Below, one piece after another: positions 10,533 through 20,051 of a DNA stretch of 62,732 nt. The translations under genes and the position numbers were made by a program. Origin of the DNA: a virus. Its lineage: Duplodnaviria; Caudoviricetes. The notes beneath the pieces were generated by a model. It ran no database searches, was not told the origin of the DNA, and was given only the letters and a program-made list of their open reading frames with translations. The stretch lies in IMG/VR virus record IMGVR_UViG_3300037458_000922, positions 1 through 62,732 of that record; one strand, 5' to 3'. Positions within the stretch are counted from its first letter, which is position 1. Each line of letters opens with the position of its first letter.

Positions 10533-11362
10533 GCATTTATAGGGAAGACCGTTTTGCGGACCAGACCCGTGAAGTAGCACAGGAACGGGTAGAAAACTAT
10601 GATGTTATCCGGCGTCATGACCTGGCGGTAATGAACTATTTCTCTTTTTGGGTTCCCTATCAAGATCTATCTACCAATACCCTCCGGGAGAAAATGGTTC
10701 CTATGGTCTTCGCTACCCCCCGCAGGGAGGCATCGGAAAGGGACATCCATGAGATGGATGACACTCGACGGACAGCGATGGAATGGGATGGTGACTATCC
10801 ACCAACCGCTTTGGAACGCATCGTATACCCGAGTATCGCTGTAACTCGCCTAGACCTTACGTTCGACCAAGTGCGTTTTACTTACGCTCCTTGGCGTAAG
10901 TTACTGTATTCTGACGACTTAAATATGGTTCTCCAGTCGAATTTTCCCCTACCCTATAATTTCACGTATCAGTTTGACTTCTGGGTGTTAGACCAGGCTG
11001 AGTTGAACATGATGATGGAGCAGTGGGCACGTAAGTTCCCTCGCCCAACCTACTACGTGGATGTCCTCTACCCACCCCCGTGGGGGGAACAGGGCGTTCA
11101 CATGCAGAGTTCGGGGCTGTTTGCTAATACTTCTACTCTAGAGGGCGGGGAACAGCAGAGAGAACTTCGGGGCGTAGCGACAGTTACTTTATTCGGGTGG
11201 ATACCTCTCCCGACTTCTTGGGTGCGTACGGTGCAAAAGATTACGTTGGAACTTGTTGAACAAGAATCTGAGACGATCCTCCAGACCCTAGAAACTGAGT
11301 GGGCAAATAAACCCACCTTCTGGGAAACAGGGGATACCTCCCAGGTATTGGAGTGGAAATGA
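10529..11362 (+). CDS. tail terminator / sheath stabiliser (gp15-like)
   Basis: Lies between neck and sheath genes; PLPYNFTYQFDFW...EQW pattern. Confidence 0.6.
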   Translation: MSIYREDRFADQTREVAQERVENYDVIRRHDLAVMNYFSFWVPYQDLSTNTLREKMVPMVFATPRREASERDIHEMDDTRRTAMEWDGDYPPTALERIVYPSIAVTRLDLTFDQVRFTYAPWRKLLYSDDLNMVLQSNFPLPYNFTYQFDFWVLDQAELNMMMEQWARKFPRPTYYVDVLYPPPWGEQGVHMQSSGLFANTSTLEGGEQQRELRGVATVTLFGWIPLPTSWVRTVQKITLELVEQESETILQTLETEWANKPTFWETGDTSQVLEWK

Positions 11363-11631
11363 ACGACCCCCTAGAAAAGCTGCATAATGCAACTAATTTG
11401 CGTCTACGGGCTGGGGCGAAAGCCGGGAAGTACTGGCTCCTTCGTTCGGAAGAGCGCGAGGAGCTTATCCGCCGTGTTATCGAGGACACGATGTCCTCTT
11501 CTATCGGAGTTTATAATATGCCGATGGGGGTTTCTCAGAGTGACCCTGCCATGGGGGGTAGGAACCGCTTTACTAAAAAGCAATTGCGCTTTGCTATTCA
11601 GGGCCTTCGGCAAAAGAAGTCTTCTGAGTAG
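11359..11631 (+). CDS. small basic hypothetical protein
   Basis: ATGA overlap with the upstream stop. Confidence 0.55.
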   Translation: MNDPLEKLHNATNLRLRAGAKAGKYWLLRSEEREELIRRVIEDTMSSSIGVYNMPMGVSQSDPAMGGRNRFTKKQLRFAIQGLRQKKSSE

Positions 11632-11676
11632 AGATGGGTTAAAGAGCTTTATTTAATGACCTATTGAGGAGGGTCC

Positions 11677-12093
11677 ATGAAACGGTACCTCATACGCGGA
11701 TTGACGGATCAGATGCGTTCGATTTTTCTTCGGAACCCGGAGACGGGGAAGTTCTACCAGCGCAAGATCCGAAAGGGTGTCAGCTACCAAGTCACTGAAG
11801 AAGAGTTGACTTTCCATGTTCATCGGCAAGCAGGTTTCAAGGTAGTGGCTATTACGGAATGTGATCCTGAGCCCGAAGAGGAAACTCTTCTGATTGAGAG
11901 CGTAGTCCCCGCCCCGGAGGAAGCCCCGACTAAGAAGCGCGGCCCTTCTGTGTGGGATAATATCCAAGAAATTGACCTAGAAGCCAACGAGATTGTTTTG
12001 GAGGAATTTACCGAAGGAGATAGTGAGGAGGCCCCCACTTCGAAGCGTGGGAAGGGGCGCTCTAAGAAGAATAACGATGAGATTAGTGAATAA
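11677..12093 (+). CDS. hypothetical protein
   Basis: GAGGAGG SD; 138 aa with acidic/basic tail. Confidence 0.65.
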   Translation: MKRYLIRGLTDQMRSIFLRNPETGKFYQRKIRKGVSYQVTEEELTFHVHRQAGFKVVAITECDPEPEEETLLIESVVPAPEEAPTKKRGPSVWDNIQEIDLEANEIVLEEFTEGDSEEAPTSKRGKGRSKKNNDEISE

Positions 12094-12125
12094 GGCTGTT
12101 TTATAAGACCTTTTGGAGGTTAAGC

Positions 12126-13952
12126 ATGAGTGTGTATGTTTCTCCTGGCGTGTACACAAGGGAAATCGATCTTTCCCTCTACGTTCCTGCCCTTTCCACC
12201 ACTATCGTGGGCATGGTCGGCGTTTCGGCAAAGGGACCGACTCAGGAACGTACTTACATTACTAACCAGCAGCAGTTTATTGATGTGTTTGGGGAGCCGG
12301 ATAGCACAATCGGCTATGAGGCGTATGCCGCGCTTCAGTACCTTCGCCGGGGTCGTCAGCTTTGGTTTGTCCGGGTCGTTGGGGACGCCGCAGCGTCAGC
12401 AGAGGGTACTTTCTCGTTCGCAACGGCTGTAACTGGGGAGCATCCGACGCCAACTCCTGCTTTCGATAGCCTCGTAAAGAACTTCACGCTGGCTGCTTTT
12501 ACGAACCTTGGGGACGACGGAATCGTTCCTGGTTCAGTCACTATCACGGTGACGAAGAGTGATGACAGCTCCGAAGTCTTCACAGATGACGGCGCGGGCA
12601 TTCTTGACGGCAGTGTGGACGGGGCCGGAACAATCGATTACGCCACTGGCGTAGCTACCCTGGCCTGTGGAGCCCTCGCTCCGAAGACAGGGACGACTGT
12701 TAACGCGAACTATAGCTACTTGTCAGATGCTTTTGTTGCCACCGCTACCTCTGAAGGTGAATGGGGGAACAATATTGCACTGACTATCGCGAGCGGAACA
12801 CTCGCCGGTACGGTTAAGATTACCGTGCTGTATAACGGTGTGGCCGTTGAGAGCTTCAACAATGTTGATCTCGATGACACTACCGGGAACACTCAGTTCA
12901 TCGAAACCAAGATCAACGGTGTGTCTGAGTACATTACGGTAGCTCTGGACGCTGCTCTCACAGCTTCCTCAGCTCTCCCTGTTGTGGTTACTGCTTCGGC
13001 ACTGACCGGGGGAGACACGGATGCGACTGCCGTTGCGGCGGCAGACATCATCGGCGAGGCTTGGGATGGAACGCTTTCTCAGCCGACCGGTATGCAGCTC
13101 TTCGCTTCGCCGAGTGCGGTAGACATCAACCTGTTGGCCGCTCCTGGGTGGTCGGACGGTGCTGTGGCCCACGCTTTGATCGAGATTGCTGAGTCCCGTG
13201 GGGACTGCATGGCCATTATTGATCCGCCGGAAGGGCTCCGTCCTTCGGAAGTGGTGGATTGGCACAATGGTACGGGAACCTATGTTGGACAACACGCAGC
13301 GTTCAACAGTTCTTATGCGGCAACTTACTGGCCGTGGGTGAAGGTGTACGATGCCTACAACGGCGAGTATGTGCTCACTCCGCCTTCGGGCCACGTTCTA
13401 GCCGTATTCGCGTATACCGACTACTCGGCAGAGAGCTGGTTCGCTCCTGCGGGCATCCAGCGGGGTCGTGTGATCTCGGGTGTGGATGTCGAGATGGGTG
13501 CAACTCCTGGGGAGATGGACCTTCTGTACGGTGACGGTAATGCGGTTAACCCGATTGCTCGGTTCAACAAGGATGGCATGGTCGTTTGGGGCCAGCGTAC
13601 CTTGCAGCGGGCTTCTACGGCCCTTGACCGGATCAACGTGCGTCGGCTCCTTCTGTATCTACGGAAGGTCATTGCCACCGCGTCCCGGTACCTCGTTTTC
13701 GAGCCGAACGACGAGAAGACCTGGAGGCTCTTCGGGCACCTTGTTATTCCGTTCCTTAACGATGTCCGTCAGCGCCGTGGTCTGTACGACTTCCGGGTGA
13801 AGTGCGACGAAACCACGAACACCCCGGCGGTTATCGACCGGAACGAAATGCGGGCGCAAATCTTCTTGAAGCCGGTGAAGGCTGCCGAGTTCATCCAGGT
13901 GGACTTGGTGATCACTTCGACCGGGGCAAATTTCGACGAAGTTTTGTACTAA
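12126..13952 (+). CDS. gp18: contractile tail sheath protein (T4 gp18-like)
   Basis: SPGVYTREIDLS N-terminus; WFAPAG..RG, VVWGQRTL, DRINVRRL, FEPND, CDETTNTP..IDRNE, KPVKAAEFI. Confidence 0.97.
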   Translation: MSVYVSPGVYTREIDLSLYVPALSTTIVGMVGVSAKGPTQERTYITNQQQFIDVFGEPDSTIGYEAYAALQYLRRGRQLWFVRVVGDAAASAEGTFSFATAVTGEHPTPTPAFDSLVKNFTLAAFTNLGDDGIVPGSVTITVTKSDDSSEVFTDDGAGILDGSVDGAGTIDYATGVATLACGALAPKTGTTVNANYSYLSDAFVATATSEGEWGNNIALTIASGTLAGTVKITVLYNGVAVESFNNVDLDDTTGNTQFIETKINGVSEYITVALDAALTASSALPVVVTASALTGGDTDATAVAAADIIGEAWDGTLSQPTGMQLFASPSAVDINLLAAPGWSDGAVAHALIEIAESRGDCMAIIDPPEGLRPSEVVDWHNGTGTYVGQHAAFNSSYAATYWPWVKVYDAYNGEYVLTPPSGHVLAVFAYTDYSAESWFAPAGIQRGRVISGVDVEMGATPGEMDLLYGDGNAVNPIARFNKDGMVVWGQRTLQRASTALDRINVRRLLLYLRKVIATASRYLVFEPNDEKTWRLFGHLVIPFLNDVRQRRGLYDFRVKCDETTNTPAVIDRNEMRAQIFLKPVKAAEFIQVDLVITSTGANFDEVLY

Positions 13953-13958
13953 ACTCTA

Positions 13959-14546
13959 ATGCCCCGTAAATTTTCCCTCCATGAAGCCGAGACCCGGACC
14001 TGGAAACAGGCCCTGGGTTCCCATGTTCGTCAAGCAGGAAAGGCCCTTAGCGGTAAGCGTCCTGGCGTAGTCCAAGACCTTAAAATTCTTCGCCGCACGA
14101 GTAAGGCACTCACGAGCCCTAAGCAGAATGTCCGGTATGGGCAGTACGCTAATATGGTAGCTTCGGGCGTTTTAGGCGCGGGCCAGAGAGAAAAGCTCAA
14201 GGGAAAAATCGCAAATCGTGTATCCGCCGAAACCAAGCTACAGGGTGTCCGCAGGGGGGCTCAGTACCGCTTAGCTCGCAAGGCGGCAATCGGTGCTCTT
14301 GGTTTAGCGGCTGCTTATGGTGGCGCAAAAGCAATCAAAAAGTTCCGTAAACGGAACGATATTAACAACCCTAAATTCCGTCAATATGATGTCTACCCCG
14401 AACACCAGTATGGGGTAGCTCCAGTTCAACGTGTCAACCGCCCCTACTACCCAAATGACGAATTCGAGCAAGGGGGGCCTCCACGCCTCAGAGAAAGTGA
14501 GCGTGAGAGTATTATCCATTCACTTATCATAACTTTAACGAGCTAG
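13959..14546 (+). CDS. basic hypothetical protein between sheath and tube
   Basis: 195-aa K/R-rich ORF with AAIGALGLAAAYGG segment. Confidence 0.6.
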   Translation: MPRKFSLHEAETRTWKQALGSHVRQAGKALSGKRPGVVQDLKILRRTSKALTSPKQNVRYGQYANMVASGVLGAGQREKLKGKIANRVSAETKLQGVRRGAQYRLARKAAIGALGLAAAYGGAKAIKKFRKRNDINNPKFRQYDVYPEHQYGVAPVQRVNRPYYPNDEFEQGGPPRLRESERESIIHSLIITLTS

Positions 14547-14582
14547 TCTTTATTGGGAGACTCTGTGTAGGAGGGTTCTGAC

Positions 14583-15122
14583 ATGCCGTATTGGGAACCA
14601 ATTGGATCTGACCTCTTAGGAGCTAAGCATATCGCTAATCCTGGTGGTGGATATGAGCCGCAGCGCGGGCACGACTTCGAGTTGCTTATTTCTCCTCCCT
14701 TTGGTGATGCAGAAATCCTCTTGAAGTCGGTAGAAACTTCGCTAGGTATTAGCCATAACAACGAACCTCTGCCGCTGCCGTACATGAACGAAACCGTGTA
14801 CATCGCGGGTCGTCCGCTTTATGGTCCGGGAGCGGTCGTTTACCGCGACATGGTCAACATGGGTGTTTACGCCATGATCGAAGCATGGTCAATGCTGGTG
14901 TACAACCCTATCGATTCGACCATCGGGTACGCCGCAGACTACAAAAGCATGGGGACCTTGACCATGTACGATGTCAAGGGCCTACAGAGCCGGTCATGGG
15001 AACTCGTTGGTATCTGGCCGCAGGATGTTTCGCAGGAAGCTCCTTCTCACATTAACGGTGACATTATGCGGATTAACGTCACATTCCAGTTCGACAAGGC
15101 TGTTCCACTGTTTGCAATGTAA
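14583..15122 (+). CDS. gp19: tail tube protein (T4 gp19-like)
   Basis: YAADYK..GTL.MYD..G...RSWEL.GIWP..V and INVTFQFD; near the sheath gene. Confidence 0.85.
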   Translation: MPYWEPIGSDLLGAKHIANPGGGYEPQRGHDFELLISPPFGDAEILLKSVETSLGISHNNEPLPLPYMNETVYIAGRPLYGPGAVVYRDMVNMGVYAMIEAWSMLVYNPIDSTIGYAADYKSMGTLTMYDVKGLQSRSWELVGIWPQDVSQEAPSHINGDIMRINVTFQFDKAVPLFAM

Positions 15123-15161
15123 TTTAGTTGCGCTATTCGAATCTGTCTATATAAGAACTTT

Positions 15162-15203
15162 CAGCCTGCCATACTTTTTTGATAAGGGGCAGGCTGTATT
15201 TTT
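15162..15203 (+). terminator. intrinsic terminator after the tube gene
   Basis: CAGCCTGCC...GGCAGGCTG stem followed by TATTTTT. Confidence 0.55.
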
Positions 15204-15238
15204 AAATAGACAAACCCATAATACGTTAGGAGGAATCA

Positions 15239-16264
15239 ATGGGTGACTTCGATTTTCTAGAGCCGATCCCGAAAACTACTGTGTCCGTCAAGCTCCCGTC
15301 CCGGGGGGTTTTATACCCTAAGGGGACTCCACAGGCTTCCGGGCAGCTCAATATGTCTCCAATGACCATGGTAGAGGAAGCCATATTCATAAACCCAAGT
15401 ACCACAGGGAACATGAGTCCCACTGATCGCGTCTTGAAGAAGTGCATCCAGGACTCTGTAGATATTAACACCCTTATCTTGAGTGACAAGGTGTTCTTGT
15501 TCTACATGCTACGCGCCATTACCTATGGCCCGGAGTACACCTTTAATTGGACTTGTTCAGCAGCCAGCCCAACCGGGCGCGGGGTTTGCGGGCATAAGAA
15601 TTCTACTACGGTTAGAATCCCAGACGATTTCAAGATGAAGTACCTATCGGATGAGGACAAAGAGCCTTTTACCGTACGCCTTCCAGAGACTCAGCGAGAA
15701 ATCGCTTTTCGTCTATTACGTGGGTACGATGAGGCCGCAATTGAGAAGTTTACGGAGAAAATTGAGGAGAAGAAGAAACAGGGGCTCCTTATTGAAGACA
15801 CAACAATTGCTTACCGGTTGTCCCGCCAGATTTTGTCTGTAGACGGGAAAGACGTTACTAAGGCCCCGGAGGACAAGCTTCTCCGGTTCGTTCTAACACT
15901 TCCTATCCGCGATAGCCAGTTCCTTCGTAACAAGATCGCGTATTACACTCCCGGGATTAATACCGATGTTCATTTGCGGTGTGCCGCCTGCAAGGCCGAG
16001 GAAGAGGGGGACCTACCTATTACGGTGAATTTCTTTCGCGTCGTCGATGAGGACGAGGACCGACCAGTTGAACATGAAGTTCGAGCTGATGTACTACCTG
16101 GGGCTGGGGTACCAGGAGATAATGAAGATGGAGATGACGGAGCTTCAGTGGTACCACCAGAAGCTTTTGGAGACGAAGAAGGCGGAGACGGAACTAGAGC
16201 AGTTGAAGCTCGACGCAACGTTGCTCGCCGCGTCGGGCGCAGCTATACGACGCGCCGTAAATAA
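15239..16264 (+). CDS. baseplate-hub/tail assembly chaperone (T4 gp26/gp51-like)
   Basis: V.LPSRG.LY, MT..EE, LRAITYG.EY.F...C, C..C..E....LP....NFF; lies between tube and tape measure. Confidence 0.75.
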   Translation: MGDFDFLEPIPKTTVSVKLPSRGVLYPKGTPQASGQLNMSPMTMVEEAIFINPSTTGNMSPTDRVLKKCIQDSVDINTLILSDKVFLFYMLRAITYGPEYTFNWTCSAASPTGRGVCGHKNSTTVRIPDDFKMKYLSDEDKEPFTVRLPETQREIAFRLLRGYDEAAIEKFTEKIEEKKKQGLLIEDTTIAYRLSRQILSVDGKDVTKAPEDKLLRFVLTLPIRDSQFLRNKIAYYTPGINTDVHLRCAACKAEEEGDLPITVNFFRVVDEDEDRPVEHEVRADVLPGAGVPGDNEDGDDGASVVPPEAFGDEEGGDGTRAVEARRNVARRVGRSYTTRRK

Positions 16265-16304
16265 TAAGAGAGGAGGATTACCCTCTGAAGGAGAGAAATC
16301 GTGA
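16047..16304 (+). CDS. second tail-assembly chaperone ORF, overlapping in the +1 frame
   Basis: F.LMYY.G.GY.EI..M...E..WY...L resembles the small ORF that follows gp26/gp51-like chaperones; its stop overlaps the tape-measure start. Confidence 0.65.
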   Translation: MRTRTDQLNMKFELMYYLGLGYQEIMKMEMTELQWYHQKLLETKKAETELEQLKLDATLLAASGAAIRRAVNNKRGGLPSEGEKS

Positions 16305-19066
16305 CCCCGGATCTCGACCAAACACTATCCCTTAAGGCGCAGCTTAAGGACTCCGTTTCTCCGCAGCTTCGGAAGATTCAAGAGCTTGCTAGATCTACGC
16401 GAGCCAAATTTGAAGAGGCGGTTCAAGCTTTCTCCTCTGGGGGGGAGCAGATGGGGAGTTCGACCCAGAAGGCTGCCGACCAAGTGGAGCAGAGTTCGGC
16501 CAAGATCAAGCAGGGGCTCACCGAAGTAGCACAGACCTTCGAATCTACAGGCGAGGCTGCCAAGACTAACTCAAGTAAGATCGGTAAGGCCGTAGAGGAT
16601 GCCCTCTATACAAAGGGGGCGTCTTCTCGTATTGACGAGCTTGAGAAGGACCTAGGGGTTCTGAACAAGACCTTCCAGTCTATGGCTGCTTCCCAGAAGA
16701 CAGTTTCAGGAAAAGCCCGGACTATGCAGGCGGTCGCCCATGATAGCCTCCATAAAAAAGTTATCCCGGCCTTCCAAGAGCTGAATGCGACCCTGAATGA
16801 CTACCCCGAAACCCTGGAAGAGATCAACAAGCTTGAGCAGGATCGACTAAAGTATCTGGAAAAGGGGGAGGGGCTCCTTTCTAAAGTTAAAGACCGTGTA
16901 AAAGGAGTAGAGTCAGCAGTAAACACTATCCAATTGGGGGTTCAGGACGCTGTAGCCGCAGGGACTACGGGGGTGGTGGGTTCGGTAGGCATGGAGGTTC
17001 AAGAGCAACAGAGAGGGGCAGCACGCATTGCCGGGGCGGATTACTTCAAGACTTTGCCCCAAACTCTAGCGGAAGTATCTAGGGAAGCCGAGACCACGAT
17101 AGATAACGTCCAACCGATCACAGAAGCCATCATGGAGCTTCGTTCGGCCCCCAGAGAAACCTTAGGCCCGTTAGTAAAGGAGATCTATAACATTGAAAAA
17201 GCTTCCGGGCTCGCCGGGGCCGAAGTAGCCCAACTATATGACCACATGGCCCGGCTTGGGGGTATCAAGGGCGAAGATATGACGGTCCTTATGGACCAGG
17301 TTAAGTATTTCGCAGAAGAGTCTGTGGCGAGTACGGACGAGATGTTTCAAACACTCCAAAGGGCCGGGGATCAAATCTCTCTTTTCAGTGGGGAAGCTCG
17401 CCAAGCTTTTGCTCAGGCGTCTTTAGCAGCGGCAGCATCGTCAGCGAATATGGGGTTAGGTGTTAGTGGGGCCGCAGATCTACAAGATAGGCTTATCAAT
17501 GATCCAACGGCTATGGCGCGGGCTCAGGGGTTCCTGAACGCGGCAGGAATCGATAAGGATCTCCAAGGACTTTACTCCGCTGGAAAGCAAGATGAAGCTT
17601 TTGAAGCCATGGCTCAAGCCATGCGGCAACAGTTCCAGGGGGTTGATTTTGCTAATGCGGTTCAGCGGCAAGCCGTAAGTGCCCAAGCAGGGCCGCTGTT
17701 TGATGTTGATACCATTGCAAAAATCGTACAGAATGCGACTTTAACCGGGGAAAAAACAGGGGGGACTGCGCCTGAATTAGCCGCCCAAGCGAAAGAAAAA
17801 GCTCGTGGGAAGATGGCTGAAACCGCTGAAGTAACCCGGGCTACTTTTGTTGAGGAGCTGGAGAAAGCCGGAGGCGCAACCCAACAGGGGCTCCTGGAGT
17901 CTGGTAGAAAGACAGTTGAGGCTTTTTCGACGGCAACGGATAAAGCGACTGAAGCTATTTCCAAGTTTACTGATACCTTTAATATGCTGGATGAGAAACT
18001 AGGGGGGAAACTCTCTACTGGTGTAGCTGCCGGAACAACTGTTATGGCTGCTCGGACGGGGATGCGTGCTCTTGGTGCAGGAGTACAGCAGACGGGCCTC
18101 CCTGGAGCGGATGCTCTTGGGGGGATTGTTGGTGGGCAGGGGGCCTTGGGTACAATAGCCCATGTTGCGGGTGGGGCGTATATAGCTAAGGAGCTATTCT
18201 CGGATCAGGAGGATAAAACTAGCGAGGTTTCTTCCATTATTCAGGGGGACAAAGCCCGGAGAACCTTGGAGGTTGCCCATCAACAGGCTGTAAAAGCAGC
18301 TACGGAGTCTACGAATCCCGTGGAAAGAGATGCTGCTCGGCACATGACCGGAGGGATAGGGCTAATGGATGCCCCGCCCAAGAAGTCTTTTGGCCTGATG
18401 GACACGCCACCGGCCCCACCTTCGGATAAATCCTTCCGTTTGATGGACACGCCACCGGCCCCATCTTCGGATAAATCCTTCCGTTTGATGGACACCCCGC
18501 CCTCGAAGTCCCTTAGCCTGATGGAATACACGCAGCAAACCGCTGCTAGGTCCATGGGGCCAGAACCCGTGGCCCTGAGTGACCAATTGCGCCAAGCTAT
18601 AGCGCAAGGAAAAGAACAAGGCGGGCCGGTTGGGTCAGATACCGTTCAAAACGTTATGAAGGCGGTGATTGCGGCTGTAGAAGTAGGGGAGACCGTTGAA
18701 AAAATCGTCGGGAAACTTACTTCGATTGAAGGCTTTGAAGAGGTTACTAAGCCTCCTGTTTCTGTCTCCAGTACTCTGGGGGCAGCCTCCCTTACTGAAG
18801 AAGAGAAGGCTTTCCGGCAAGAGATTCGGAAAGAAATCGAAAATTACAGTAGGGCCAGAGCCGAGCAGGGTAAAGGGTTAGAAAAGCCAGACCCGAACCT
18901 CGAAAAACAAACCCAACTCCAAACAGAAATGACTACACACCTGAAAGTCATCGCTGACGGTTTCAAGGCATCTCGGGGGAAGGAAGCTACCCCACAACGG
19001 CCCGGGTACACCCCGGCATTGGAACAAAGAGATTACTTTATGGATCTCGACGAGGGGCGTAGATAA
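16301..19066 (+). CDS. tape measure protein
   Basis: 921 aa, helical A/E/K/G-rich; L.LKAQLKDSVSPQL N-terminus; follows the chaperones. Confidence 0.85.
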   Translation: MTPDLDQTLSLKAQLKDSVSPQLRKIQELARSTRAKFEEAVQAFSSGGEQMGSSTQKAADQVEQSSAKIKQGLTEVAQTFESTGEAAKTNSSKIGKAVEDALYTKGASSRIDELEKDLGVLNKTFQSMAASQKTVSGKARTMQAVAHDSLHKKVIPAFQELNATLNDYPETLEEINKLEQDRLKYLEKGEGLLSKVKDRVKGVESAVNTIQLGVQDAVAAGTTGVVGSVGMEVQEQQRGAARIAGADYFKTLPQTLAEVSREAETTIDNVQPITEAIMELRSAPRETLGPLVKEIYNIEKASGLAGAEVAQLYDHMARLGGIKGEDMTVLMDQVKYFAEESVASTDEMFQTLQRAGDQISLFSGEARQAFAQASLAAAASSANMGLGVSGAADLQDRLINDPTAMARAQGFLNAAGIDKDLQGLYSAGKQDEAFEAMAQAMRQQFQGVDFANAVQRQAVSAQAGPLFDVDTIAKIVQNATLTGEKTGGTAPELAAQAKEKARGKMAETAEVTRATFVEELEKAGGATQQGLLESGRKTVEAFSTATDKATEAISKFTDTFNMLDEKLGGKLSTGVAAGTTVMAARTGMRALGAGVQQTGLPGADALGGIVGGQGALGTIAHVAGGAYIAKELFSDQEDKTSEVSSIIQGDKARRTLEVAHQQAVKAATESTNPVERDAARHMTGGIGLMDAPPKKSFGLMDTPPAPPSDKSFRLMDTPPAPSSDKSFRLMDTPPSKSLSLMEYTQQTAARSMGPEPVALSDQLRQAIAQGKEQGGPVGSDTVQNVMKAVIAAVEVGETVEKIVGKLTSIEGFEEVTKPPVSVSSTLGAASLTEEEKAFRQEIRKEIENYSRARAEQGKGLEKPDPNLEKQTQLQTEMTTHLKVIADGFKASRGKEATPQRPGYTPALEQRDYFMDLDEGRR
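18396..18500 (+). repeat. 45-bp tandem repeat inside the tape measure gene
   Basis: TGATGGACACGCCACCGGCCCCA(C/T)CTTCGGATAAATCCTTCCGTT at 18396 and 18441, partial third copy at 18486; encodes MDTPPAP.SDKSFRL. Confidence 0.9.
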
Positions 19067-19686
19067 TGGCGGGGTATAACGGAGATACGCAGCACGCAAA
19101 GGTTGTAAGCCCCGAGGCTTATTGCCTTATCTTGGACATCGATCATGGGGACCGGTTAGAGTTCCAACTCATGCCGGATGCTATATCTGAGAATAAGAGT
19201 GCGTTCTACAACGAGACGCCCATTATTGGGAGAAGTTTACCGCTGCTGGGGTATTCCTCTTCTTCGTCCCGGACCATGGCGTTGAGTCTGACCTTCGTGG
19301 CACTTAACAGCGAAGGAAAGTACTCCCCTAAATGGGTTAGAGAGCAGGTTCGTTGGCTGGAGGCCAAAGTGTACCCGGTATACGAGGACGGCTTTAGCTA
19401 TCCTCCTCCACGGCTCCTGGTCGTGGTCGGCAAAGCCATTGGCCTACAGTGTGTTATGACTTCTGTGAACACGACATGGCTAGGCCCCTGGGCGGTATCA
19501 GATGTGGAAGCCTCTCCTTTCCGGGCGCAGGTGGACTGCCAATTCCAAGAGTATGGGATGAACGAAGACGACATTGGGCACCCCCATGATCACGATGAGG
19601 CAAAAAACGAACGCAACCAGCGATTCGAGCCCGGTGGGTTGAATGCCTATGTTGATATTCCACTCTTCCTGTCTTCGGGGGCCTAA
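19066..19686 (+). CDS. tube-initiator/baseplate tube-like protein
   Basis: FQLMPD.ISE.K.A.Y...IIGRS.P..Y and YP.Y.....PP patterns; follows the tape measure. Confidence 0.7.
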   Translation: MAGYNGDTQHAKVVSPEAYCLILDIDHGDRLEFQLMPDAISENKSAFYNETPIIGRSLPLLGYSSSSSRTMALSLTFVALNSEGKYSPKWVREQVRWLEAKVYPVYEDGFSYPPPRLLVVVGKAIGLQCVMTSVNTTWLGPWAVSDVEASPFRAQVDCQFQEYGMNEDDIGHPHDHDEAKNERNQRFEPGGLNAYVDIPLFLSSGA

Positions 19687-19688
19687 CG

Positions 19689-20051
19689 ATGCCAATCAAT
19701 AAGACGCTTTTAACCCCGCTTAGCCAGGGGCAGGTGCCCCATCGTACACGGAATATGCCGGGGCGGTATCGCAAGTCCTGGGCGTACCAAGACGATGAAG
19801 GTAGATATTTTCTTGGTACTTTTCCTGCAGTGAGCATTCCTCCCCACGCAAGTGACTCCATCTATGTCTTGGAGCCTGGGGATATCGCTCGCCCAGACTT
19901 AGTGTCCTACAAGTTCTATAAGACCCCCGCCTACTACTGGGTTATCCTTTGGGTTAACGGCATTAATGATCCTTTCGAAGAAATGTTCCCGGGTAGAACG
20001 CTTCGGGTCCCGGCCTTGCGCCGTTTGGCAGAATATGGAGTAAAAGCTTAA
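19689..20051 (+). CDS. LysM-like baseplate wedge protein (T4 gp53-like)
   Basis: RPDLVSYKFY..P.YYWVIL.VN.I.DP....PG..LRVP. Confidence 0.85.
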   Translation: MPINKTLLTPLSQGQVPHRTRNMPGRYRKSWAYQDDEGRYFLGTFPAVSIPPHASDSIYVLEPGDIARPDLVSYKFYKTPAYYWVILWVNGINDPFEEMFPGRTLRVPALRRLAEYGVKA

